Source: Candidatus Aenigmatarchaeota archaeon | GTDB taxonomy: Archaea > Aenigmatarchaeota > Aenigmatarchaeia > GW2011-AR5 | Length of the DNA: 64,000 bases | NCBI GenBank assembly: GCA_016198685.1 | Contig: JACQID010000006.1 | Span: 32,001 to 96,000, forward strand | Reading direction: 5' to 3' | Shown: positions 35,986 through 44,347 of the stretch, one piece after another | Layout of the letters: each line of letters opens with the position of its first letter | How positions within the stretch are numbered: position 1 is the stretch's first letter | Program-made: the position numbers and the translations under genes | The notes under the pieces: generated by a model | Told to the model about the DNA's origin: nothing | What the model saw: only the letters and a program-made list of their open reading frames with translations | Database searches by the model: none

Positions 35986-38658
35986 ATGGCACTTGTTTTT
36001 CAGATACTTGATGTGGATTATTTTCTCAATGGCGATAAGCCTGTAGTCCGCCTCTTTGGAAGAAGTGACGCCGGCAATGCCGTATGCGTATTATGCAGGG
36101 ATTTTCTTCCTTATTTTTACATAAGGCCGAAGAATGAAGAGGCTTTGGATGACGTAAAGGAGATCCTTTCCATAGAAGAAGCGGAAAAATTATTGGCAAT
36201 AGGATATTCAACCAAGAAAACAAGGCTTTTGAAAATCACCATATCGAAGCCGCAGGATGTTCCCATGATTAAGGAACAGCTCCTCAGCCAAGGCATAGCA
36301 GAAGAAGTCTTTGAAGCCGATATATTATTCAAGAACAGGTTTCTGGTTGACCATGACCTGCACGGCATGCAGTGGGCAGAAGCAGACGTTGTCAAGACCA
36401 GTACCAGCACGGTAAAGGTTCCTGCCTTTGAGATGAAATCCATAAAGCCGATGGACAGGAAAGACAACGCCAAACTTTCAATACTATCATTTGATATAGA
36501 GTGCGTGCCATCCGATCCCAACAGGCCACTGGATTCCAAGAAAGACCCTGTAGTCATCATATCACTCTCATTCAACGTTCCTTACAGGGGAACCACGAGC
36601 ATAGTGCAGGTCGCCAAGCCTGTCAACGGAAAAGGGCTGCAGGGATTTCCCAATGAAAAAGACATGCTGGAAGGGTTTCTGCGCGTTATTGACGAATATA
36701 ATCCGGACATAATCACAGGCTACAACATAAACACATTCGACATACCCTACATACTGGAGCGAATGCGGGTGCACGGAATACCGCCCATGCTTGGCAGATG
36801 CAAGGACAAGCCGGCTTATAATAAAAGCACAGGAGTCACGCAGGAATCCATAATTCCGGGCAGGGTGGTTGCGGATCCTTACCAGATATTGAAGAGGGAC
36901 CCAAGAATCAAGTTCAGCCGTTATGACTTAAACACAATATGCAAAGTCCTGCTTGGCGACACCAAAATGGACGTTGAGTACAGGGAGATGCCCAAGCTTT
37001 GGAACGGGCCTCTCGAAGGCGTCTTGCGTTTTGCAGAATATGCACGCAAGGACGCAGAGCTTAATCTGCGTCTTGTGGTTGAAAAGGACATGCTATCCAA
37101 TTTCATAGAAATAGCCAAAGTTTCAGGTACTGTGATGCAGGACACATTCGGCGGCCAGACTTTGCGAATAGACAATATGCTCCTCTATGAGTTCAGGAAG
37201 CGCGGTTATGTTTTACCGGCCAAACCTGATGCCAATTTAATGAATAAACGTACCAATGAAAGGGAAAAAGCAGGGCTCAAAGGCGCAACAGTTCTTGAGC
37301 CGAAGAAAGGATTGCATGCCGAAGGCTGCATACTGGTCATGGACTTCAAGAGCCTATATCCAAGCATAATGAGAACGTTCAATACGTCTCCCGATTCGCT
37401 TCTTGTCGATGATTCGGTCGGCGAGTTTTATACGTCGCCGACCGGCGCGAAGTTCGTGCCTGCATCTGTACACGAAGGAGTGTTTCCGTACATCGTCGGA
37501 AAGCTGCTTGACAGCAGATCAGAAGTCAAGGGGCAGATGAAGGATGCTGACGGCGAAATGAAAAAAATATTGAATGCAAGGCAATATGCGTTAAAAGACC
37601 TTGCCAATTCGTTCTACGGATACACAGGCTATCTGCGGGCGCGCGTTTATGACATACGGGTTGCGAGCACGATAACGGCCATAGGAAGGGAGAACATAGA
37701 GAAGACAAAGGACTTGATTGAAAACAACTTCGACATTGAGGTCGTATATGGCGATACTGACTCGGTTTTCATCAAGACCAAGACCACGAACCTTGAGGAT
37801 GCAAAAAAAATCGGCGAGGATATATCCAAGTTCGTGAGTGAAAGATTGCCAGGTTTTCTTACCCTGGACTTTGAAAAGATATACAGAACGTTCCTTATTC
37901 TTACAAAGAAAAGATATGCCGGATGGAAGTTCGAATTCGGGAAGAATGGATGGGAAGATTCTATAGAGATGAAAGGGATAGAGACGGTGAGACGCGATTG
38001 GTGCAAGCTCGTTTCTGAAACGATGAGAACCGTGCTTGACATAATACTGAAGGAAGGAGACCTGCAGAAGGCGGTCAATGAAACAAAGAGGGTCATAATA
38101 CAGCTCCGCAACAATGAAATAGATTTCGACAAGCTGACCGTTGTAAAAGGAATAACAAAATCTCTTGGAAGTTATGACGGCATGTTGCCGCACATAGAGC
38201 TGGCAAGGAAACTTGCGCAGAGAAACCCCCACGACCCGCCGAAGATCGGCGACCGCCTCGGGTTTGTCATAATCAAGGGCAATCAGATGCTGTCGAAACG
38301 GGCGGAAGATACGAAATATGCAAAGGACAACAAGCTTCAGATAGATTCTGACTACTATATTAATTCCCAAGTCTTCCCCCCTGTAGAGAGGATACTTTCT
38401 TCGGTCGGGGTCGAAAAGAGCGAAGTGTTCGGCTCTGGCCGTCAGTCAACGATAGCAGACATCATGTTCGGAACAAAGCGCAAAATGAAGCATGAAATAG
38501 CCATCAATTACGGCACAGTAGCCGGCTGGGAGGGTCTGGTTTGCCAGAAATGCGCGAAGTCGCATCCGAGAATGCCTTTAAGCGGCAGATGCGAATGCGG
38601 CGGCCCGCTTCTTTTTTCATATCAGGGAAGCGCCGCGCAGAAAGTAGTGACCGAATAG
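35986..38658 (+). CDS. polB: Family B DNA polymerase with intact proofreading motifs and a C-terminal 4-Cys Zn finger
   Basis: Exo I FDIE, Exo II GYNINTFD, Exo III YARKD; pol A DFKSLYPS, pol B KDLANSFYGY, pol C YGDTDS; KKRYA, KGIETVRRD. Tail CQKC..RMPLSGRCECGG. Own TATA (TTTAAATA about 35957). No intein. Confidence 0.96.
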   Translation: MALVFQILDVDYFLNGDKPVVRLFGRSDAGNAVCVLCRDFLPYFYIRPKNEEALDDVKEILSIEEAEKLLAIGYSTKKTRLLKITISKPQDVPMIKEQLLSQGIAEEVFEADILFKNRFLVDHDLHGMQWAEADVVKTSTSTVKVPAFEMKSIKPMDRKDNAKLSILSFDIECVPSDPNRPLDSKKDPVVIISLSFNVPYRGTTSIVQVAKPVNGKGLQGFPNEKDMLEGFLRVIDEYNPDIITGYNINTFDIPYILERMRVHGIPPMLGRCKDKPAYNKSTGVTQESIIPGRVVADPYQILKRDPRIKFSRYDLNTICKVLLGDTKMDVEYREMPKLWNGPLEGVLRFAEYARKDAELNLRLVVEKDMLSNFIEIAKVSGTVMQDTFGGQTLRIDNMLLYEFRKRGYVLPAKPDANLMNKRTNEREKAGLKGATVLEPKKGLHAEGCILVMDFKSLYPSIMRTFNTSPDSLLVDDSVGEFYTSPTGAKFVPASVHEGVFPYIVGKLLDSRSEVKGQMKDADGEMKKILNARQYALKDLANSFYGYTGYLRARVYDIRVASTITAIGRENIEKTKDLIENNFDIEVVYGDTDSVFIKTKTTNLEDAKKIGEDISKFVSERLPGFLTLDFEKIYRTFLILTKKRYAGWKFEFGKNGWEDSIEMKGIETVRRDWCKLVSETMRTVLDIILKEGDLQKAVNETKRVIIQLRNNEIDFDKLTVVKGITKSLGSYDGMLPHIELARKLAQRNPHDPPKIGDRLGFVIIKGNQMLSKRAEDTKYAKDNKLQIDSDYYINSQVFPPVERILSSVGVEKSEVFGSGRQSTIADIMFGTKRKMKHEIAINYGTVAGWEGLVCQKCAKSHPRMPLSGRCECGGPLLFSYQGSAAQKVVTE

Positions 38659-38691
38659 CGGAAATTTTTATATAATGGCCAAGACTAAGTA

Positions 38692-38895
38692 ATGGTTATG
38701 TCCAACAAGCACGTCAAGACGATAAACGGCAAGAAATATTACTACGAGTCCGTTCGTAAAGGCAGGAAAGTCACATCGCGCTACATCGGCCCGGCAGAAG
38801 AAACAAAAGAGCAGATCAGTGAAAGTGTAGTTGCAGATAAAAAGCCTATCAAGGAAGAAGACCTCATTACGCCGGATGATCATTATATCGGCTGA
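38692..38895 (+). CDS. Small protein with basic N-terminus, possibly nucleic-acid binding
   Basis: KTINGKKYYYESVRKGRKVTSRYIG followed by an acidic tail. TTTATATAA box upstream. Confidence 0.65.
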   Translation: MVMSNKHVKTINGKKYYYESVRKGRKVTSRYIGPAEETKEQISESVVADKKPIKEEDLITPDDHYIG

Positions 38896-39002
38896 CTCTG
38901 CCTGTGGCAACCCATGAGGGATTAGCCAGCGAGATAAATTAAAGCGTTTTCCGATAATTTACGATCAAGAGAAAATAAAGAAAATAAAAATTGAAGAACT
39001 TA

Positions 39003-39048
39003 TAGTAAATAACATTTATTTTGCAACATTTTATAATGCAATTTACTA
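39003..39048 (+). repeat. Third copy of the 46-bp quasi-palindromic element
   Basis: TAGTAAATAACA-TTTATTTTGCAACATTTTATAA-TGCAATTTACTA. 38/46 ungapped identity (hand count) to the reverse complement of 14115-14160. Confidence 0.75.
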
Positions 39049-39225
39049 TTAGATGTGTCTTGCCTTCAAAGTGCCTTCTTTCCTGTACTTGGCTCTTTCA
39101 ACCGCCTTGTCTATCAGGTGCATGACTTCCTTGTTCAGGATTTCAAGGGCATCCGATCCCATTCGCAGCTTCTTCTTCGCCGCGTATTCTTTCACTTTAC
39201 TTCTTACGACAAGCATTTCTGCCAT
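39049..39225 (-). CDS. Histone-fold protein (58 aa, Bd0055-like short histone); absent from the ORF track
   Basis: Hand translation: MAEMLVVRSKVKEYAAKKKLRMGSDALEILNKEVMHLIDKAVERAKYRKEGTLKARHI*. GGTGA SD and a TTATATAAA box upstream. Confidence 0.88.
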   Translation of the reverse strand: MAEMLVVRSKVKEYAAKKKLRMGSDALEILNKEVMHLIDKAVERAKYRKEGTLKARHI

Positions 39226-39306
39226 TTCTAAATCACCTTTTCCTAATTTCCGTTGGAAGTTTATATAACTTATGCCAAGGCCCGTTTTAAGCGGTTTTAG
39301 CGCATT

Positions 39307-40470
39307 TTATGCCGCATAGAACAAAATGACAGGCACCATGAGGGAGCCCATCAGTAACCCGCGTCTAACGCCAGCTTTGGCGGCAAAAAATCCCAGTGCA
39401 GTGCACGTGAATAACACGAGGATTCCATATGCCCCCGAGGTTCCAGTAACCGCGAGAAGAATGAAAGCAATAATGCTTATTCTTAGTTTCTGCTGATTTT
39501 GAAATATCTCCAGAAATTTTTTAGCAATACGAAGAGTGATAACGGAAGCAATAGATGCAGCAATCAATGAGGCAAAGACCATTGCCATAAATTCGTGCAC
39601 GGTGATTTCGGCAAAATTGCCTATCGCCACAGCAATGCCACTGCGGCCCCTCTCAATTAGCCATAATGCGAGTATAGAAACCATTATGTTCGTTGTTGTT
39701 ATAGCGCCCATCATTGCAAGAAATTTATGGTCATCCTGCGATGAAGAAAGCAGAGCAGCTATCTGGCTTGCGCCAACGCCGGGCAAAAAGCCCGATGCTA
39801 TGCCTCCTGCGATGCCGGATATTATGCCACTCCGTGCGCTTGCCATTGACACAGACGCTTCATTTTTCTGCACAGGTAGGGAAGCGTTACCTGCGATCAG
39901 TAAACCTCCAATGCCGAAAAACCCCGACATCATGGGGAAAAGAATTATTGTTGTGTCTACAGGAAGCTTCAGTGAAAGAACGCCGGTGATTCCGGCGGCA
40001 AGGAAAACGAAAAATCCTATTGCGCGGCTTTTTTCAGCAAGTATCATGTATGCGGCTATTGCGCCCACAAGTATATGCGTGTATGCCTGAACTGCGTGAA
40101 AAAGTGGCGGTATGAAATAAAAAAGCATCGGGACCAGAGGCAATAAAAGCACGGCCGAAGCGAGACTGCCAACCACAGTAAGTTTCACGGCATCGTATCC
40201 GCATCCTGCAAGAAGCATTTTATGGCCAGGCATTGCGTTCAATGCGTTATCACCGTCAGGTGCACCAAGAAAGATTGATGGTATTGCATCAACTATGCTG
40301 TTGCTTACCCCCATGGCAACAATTAAAACTATCAGATTAAGCGGCATGATCCCGAGCGAAGAAATAATAGGCACGAATAAAATCACCATATTCGGGTGAA
40401 GCCCCGGAACAATGCCCGCAAGAACGCCAAGCCCGATGCCTATTGCAAGAAAGAGTAATACGTCTAGCAT
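39307..40470 (-). CDS. TctA-like (DUF112) tripartite tricarboxylate transporter permease
   Basis: GVLAGIVPGLHPN, IPSIFLGAP, AMPGHKMLLAGCG, FLPGVGASQ, many TM segments. Start inferred at 40470. Confidence 0.85.
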   Translation of the reverse strand: MLDVLLFLAIGIGLGVLAGIVPGLHPNMVILFVPIISSLGIMPLNLIVLIVAMGVSNSIVDAIPSIFLGAPDGDNALNAMPGHKMLLAGCGYDAVKLTVVGSLASAVLLLPLVPMLFYFIPPLFHAVQAYTHILVGAIAAYMILAEKSRAIGFFVFLAAGITGVLSLKLPVDTTIILFPMMSGFFGIGGLLIAGNASLPVQKNEASVSMASARSGIISGIAGGIASGFLPGVGASQIAALLSSSQDDHKFLAMMGAITTTNIMVSILALWLIERGRSGIAVAIGNFAEITVHEFMAMVFASLIAASIASVITLRIAKKFLEIFQNQQKLRISIIAFILLAVTGTSGAYGILVLFTCTALGFFAAKAGVRRGLLMGSLMVPVILFYAA

Positions 40471-40519
40471 AAAAAGCGGTGCATCATGCGCCTTAAATAT
40501 GTGAGGTAAAAAACTGATT

Positions 40520-41197
40520 ATGCCTGTTTTTGAACTCAAAAGCTGCGGGAAGTGCGGAGGCGACACCTACATAGAAGAGGATCGTAACAGCATTTATAGG
40601 ACATGCCTGCATTGTGGTACTCTGGATGATATCATAGTCAAGTCAGAATCAGGGTATCGTGCAAGATTTCCTACATCGAGCGTGGATGACGACGAAACTG
40701 AGAAATACGTTTCTCCCAAAGACTCGTTGCATGGGCTGAAAAAATACATGGACGTTCTAAGCATGCTTGAAAAAGGCAAGGCATGCAGGGACGATATTCT
40801 TGCAGTTCTAGGCGGGGAGGGCAGTGACAAAGGAAAAGGCACATTTTGGGCCATGATGAAGCAAGGCTATGTGGCTCAAGAAAAGCACGGCAGGCGGGGA
40901 ACGAACTACACAATCACAAAGCAAGGCTTGCATGCCGTTCAGTTTTATAGGGAATGGAAGGACAAAGGCGCTGATATGAATATTCTGCTTTCCGCACTCT
41001 GCGTTATGAGTCTTGTGAGTGAAGAAGGCTATTCGTCTCTGAATGAAAGGGGACGGCTAATCGCATATAAGATGGAAACAAGGAAAATGATAGCCAGAGG
41101 AACGCTGGTTGATCAAGCGCAGAAAGAACTTGAGAAGTACCGTCCGCTTGTGCCGATAGCGATGCATGAATACGGACCCATATATCGTTTGCGATGA
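40520..41197 (+). CDS. Hypothetical protein with N-terminal Zn ribbon and possible winged-helix region
   Basis: CGKCGG..CLHCG, then VLSML..GYV..YTITKQG. Confidence 0.6.
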   Translation: MPVFELKSCGKCGGDTYIEEDRNSIYRTCLHCGTLDDIIVKSESGYRARFPTSSVDDDETEKYVSPKDSLHGLKKYMDVLSMLEKGKACRDDILAVLGGEGSDKGKGTFWAMMKQGYVAQEKHGRRGTNYTITKQGLHAVQFYREWKDKGADMNILLSALCVMSLVSEEGYSSLNERGRLIAYKMETRKMIARGTLVDQAQKELEKYRPLVPIAMHEYGPIYRLR

Positions 41198-41226
41198 TTT
41201 TAATATCTTTCAGAAGAGATATACTT

Positions 41227-41565
41227 ATGTTTCCAGGAATGGGCAATGTCGATCCGAAGAAGATGCAGCAGCTTATGAAAAAGCTGAACATGAACGTCAA
41301 GGACATAGATGCTGAAGAAGTCATAATCAGATGCAAAGACAAGGACATACGCATAACAAGCCCTGAAGTCATGGTTACCAACATGATGGGACGAGATGTC
41401 TATCAGATAAGCGGCCAGGTTTCGGAGTCATCGAAAGGCGCGAACGAAGAGGACATAAAAATGGTCATGGAGCAAACCGGCAAGGATAGAGAAACCGTTG
41501 CCAGAAAACTTGAGGACCTCAATAATGACCTTGCGCGCGCGATAATGGAACTGAAGGAGAAGTAA
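41227..41565 (+). CDS. nac: Nascent polypeptide-associated complex (archaeal NAC)
   Basis: PKKMQQLMKKL..IDAEEVII..PEV..YQISG plus UBA-like EDIKMVMEQTG..DLARAIMEL. Confidence 0.93.
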   Translation: MFPGMGNVDPKKMQQLMKKLNMNVKDIDAEEVIIRCKDKDIRITSPEVMVTNMMGRDVYQISGQVSESSKGANEEDIKMVMEQTGKDRETVARKLEDLNNDLARAIMELKEK

Positions 41566-41815
41566 ATTTTTTTAAAACAACTGCCGGCACATATTCGACC
41601 TCTACATCTTTTCCCAGGATATATGAGCCCCCTCTTTCAAAATGTTTTATCGGAGAATAAGCGCACCGAAGGCGGATCTCGGTAGACTCATATCCGTCTT
41701 GGATGTATTTTCTTTTGGCGGATATGTAGAAAATATCGAATTCACTATAGCGTATAAAAGCTCCTTCAGGAAACGTTCCTAAGGGCGCCCTTTTTCGATG
41801 ACTAACGGTAGTCAA
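41519..41815 (-). CDS. Possible hypothetical protein
   Basis: TTG start with GGTG 5 nt upstream. Fills the secD-nac gap but overlaps the nac 3' end. Confidence 0.35.
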   Translation of the reverse strand: MTTVSHRKRAPLGTFPEGAFIRYSEFDIFYISAKRKYIQDGYESTEIRLRCAYSPIKHFERGGSYILGKDVEVEYVPAVVLKKFTSPSVPLSRAQGHY

Positions 41816-41856
41816 ATATACACCAAATCTATATGAAAGGACTGGTATAAAAGCCT

Positions 41857-43437
41857 TCAGTCCTTGATGATTTTCTCGATCATGGCGCCGAAAGCAGGTC
41901 GTGTTATCAATATCCCTATCAGTACGCCAAGTATGGTTGTTATGGCAAACCCGCGCAGCGATGCCATGCCAAGGAGCGGAAGCATGGACGCTATGAGTAC
42001 GCCGCCCGCCCCGAATATAATGAAGAAGGCTTTCTTCAGTTTCTCCTTAAGCGTCTCCTCTTTTCGTTTTGCAGACTGGTCGAGTATTATTATCTGGCTG
42101 TCAACGCCTGTTCCGATGGCCGCAACTATTCCTGCAAGCGCAGGAAGGTCAAGAGTTGCCCCAAGCGGCACAGAAATCCCTAAGATTATAAGGACCTCTG
42201 AAAGAGAAACGGCGAGCATGGGGAGTATTATCTTCGGCTTTCTGTAGCGGGCAAGAACTATCAATGCTACGCCCACTGCGCCTGCGGCGCCCGCTGCAAG
42301 CACGCTACCTATAAAGGCGCTTCCGAGAGTCGGCGAAACCTGCTGGATCTGCAGGATTTCAATGGACGTGGGAAGCGAGCCGGATCTTAGGATGCTTGTG
42401 ATCTCCCGTCTTTCCTGTATGGCCTGGTCGCGGGTTTCTGCACCACCGGATATCTGTATAGTCGTTTCAGCGCGGCCCTTCAATGTTGATGATATGTCAA
42501 ACGAGTTCATGAGCGTGTCATCGAGGAACAGGCTTATCTGGCTCTCAAGGTATGCCGTGCCGGCGCGTAGAGGTATATTCTTCGTCACATGAGCGAATTT
42601 CTGCGCCGCTTCCTGCGAGAGTTCAAGTGAAAAGTCCCATAGATAGCCGTTGTCTGCCCTTCTTATTGATGCGCGCTGGGAATCAAGATAAACCGCCTTT
42701 ATGTCCGTGCCCCTGTATACCGTAGCCACGATTTCTGCGCCCTGTGCGCTTACGTTGCCGACTTGGAAAGGTATGCCATCCAGCGTGAATGACTCTCCGG
42801 TCACGTATGATTTGCCGTCAATTGCGACTGCATCGCTTATGGTAAGTGAATAGCTGTTTTGCAATTCTATAGTGCGGTTGCCCTTTGCAAGGAACATAGG
42901 AATTTTAGCTTCGAACTTTCCTTCATGCGAAAGCAAACGGGTAATCTCTTCTTTGGTGCCGCCGGCTATGGAAACTTCCACATATTCAATGCCTTCGAAT
43001 ACAATAGGCCTGAAACTGGCTTCCTTCAATCCGTAAAAGTTTATTCTTTCTTGGAGGACAGGTATCAGTTCTCCTGAAAGCCCTTGCTCCTTAGGTTCCA
43101 CTATCGCGGAAATCCCGCCCTTTACATCAAGGCCGAAATGCAGATTAGTTGAATCTGCTCTCTGCGCAGAGAACGGCAGCGAGCCGTTAGCTTCAATATA
43201 GACCTTGCCTTTTGAAAGCTGCACTTCGGTAAGGCCGCTATAGTTTCTAGCCAAAATATCCTCATTTACGGGAAAGCCGGCAACTGCAATTATCGTATCG
43301 CCAGACGATATTTCAGGCGTAGCCGAGGCAAGAACTTCAAAGCCTGCGCCCGCCCCGAGGAAAATGGCCAAGACCGATAACAATACAGCCGCGAGCCATA
43401 GTGTTATTTTCCAATTTTTCAGAATTTTACTAAGCAT
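41857..43437 (-). CDS. secD: Protein-export membrane protein SecD
   Basis: LHFGLDVKGG, QERINFYGL, large soluble domain, LRSGSLP, VSPTLG, GTGVDSQII. Start inferred at 43437. Confidence 0.92.
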   Translation of the reverse strand: MLSKILKNWKITLWLAAVLLSVLAIFLGAGAGFEVLASATPEISSGDTIIAVAGFPVNEDILARNYSGLTEVQLSKGKVYIEANGSLPFSAQRADSTNLHFGLDVKGGISAIVEPKEQGLSGELIPVLQERINFYGLKEASFRPIVFEGIEYVEVSIAGGTKEEITRLLSHEGKFEAKIPMFLAKGNRTIELQNSYSLTISDAVAIDGKSYVTGESFTLDGIPFQVGNVSAQGAEIVATVYRGTDIKAVYLDSQRASIRRADNGYLWDFSLELSQEAAQKFAHVTKNIPLRAGTAYLESQISLFLDDTLMNSFDISSTLKGRAETTIQISGGAETRDQAIQERREITSILRSGSLPTSIEILQIQQVSPTLGSAFIGSVLAAGAAGAVGVALIVLARYRKPKIILPMLAVSLSEVLIILGISVPLGATLDLPALAGIVAAIGTGVDSQIIILDQSAKRKEETLKEKLKKAFFIIFGAGGVLIASMLPLLGMASLRGFAITTILGVLIGILITRPAFGAMIEKIIKD

Positions 43438-43438
43438 A

Positions 43439-44266
43439 TCAGTTACCTTTTTTTGACTTTCTTTCAAGCCATATCCTTAAAAGCCCCGCATTGGTGAACC
43501 ATGTTACAGGAATGTCTACGAGAATGCCTACCATGAGAACCAGCGCCATCGTCTGAAGCAAGGCCGAGCCGCTTATGAAATACAATGCCAGGAGTGCTGC
43601 AAAAGTGGCAGAAGTCATCGTGAGTCCGGTTTTCATGGCTTCCCATGCCGTGCCGCCGGCTAGTTTAAGCATTGAGGATGTCAGGAGTATATCTGTGTCC
43701 ACCGAGTAGGCCACTATCATTATCATGGCTGCCAGAACAGGCAGTGAAAGCGGGATGCCCAAAAGACTGAGTATAGCCATGGTACCTGTCATGTCGGTTA
43801 TTGCAGATATCAGGACAATGAGAGACGGAACAAAGGACCTGAACAGAAGGAATACTACTATTGACATGAATATGAATGACATAATCATGGTTGTTTGCGC
43901 CTGCTGCCAGAACACCTCACCGATGGCAGGACCTATGGTCTGGCTTGTCGGCTCCCCTCTAATTGGAAAATTATTCTTGATAGCCTCAATCACGGAATTT
44001 TCATCCGCCTCATATGGCATGGTTATAACGAGGCTGTTATCGGTTCCCTTGTACAGGCGAACTTCATAATCAGGAAATAACTCCTCGACCTTGCTTAGGT
44101 CTATAGCGTCGGTAATAAACGAAACTCGTTTGCCTCCTGTCAATTCAATATCCCTTTCCATAGGGAAGCCCGTAGATGCCACGTTTCCAGCCAGAATCAC
44201 AAGAGAAATGACTAATATAAACAGGGATGCCAGAGTCATGGACTTCCAATAACGGTCAAAAATCAT
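43439..44266 (-). CDS. secF: Protein-export membrane protein SecF
   Basis: DIELTGG, TIGPAIG, AYSVDTDILLT, TWFTNAGLL. Adjacent to secD. Confidence 0.92.
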   Translation of the reverse strand: MIFDRYWKSMTLASLFILVISLVILAGNVASTGFPMERDIELTGGKRVSFITDAIDLSKVEELFPDYEVRLYKGTDNSLVITMPYEADENSVIEAIKNNFPIRGEPTSQTIGPAIGEVFWQQAQTTMIMSFIFMSIVVFLLFRSFVPSLIVLISAITDMTGTMAILSLLGIPLSLPVLAAMIMIVAYSVDTDILLTSSMLKLAGGTAWEAMKTGLTMTSATFAALLALYFISGSALLQTMALVLMVGILVDIPVTWFTNAGLLRIWLERKSKKGN

Positions 44267-44347
44267 GCTTGTTATAACGCTTTAAATTTTTAATGCTTTT
44301 GATTTGTCATGGTGGGGGTAGTTTTTGTCCCCAAGGAAGGCTTTTGC

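Noticed and set aside
33596-38658. Inteins in Cdc6 or PolB
   Set aside because: Motif spacing and lengths are normal, with no splice-junction or LAGLIDADG signatures.
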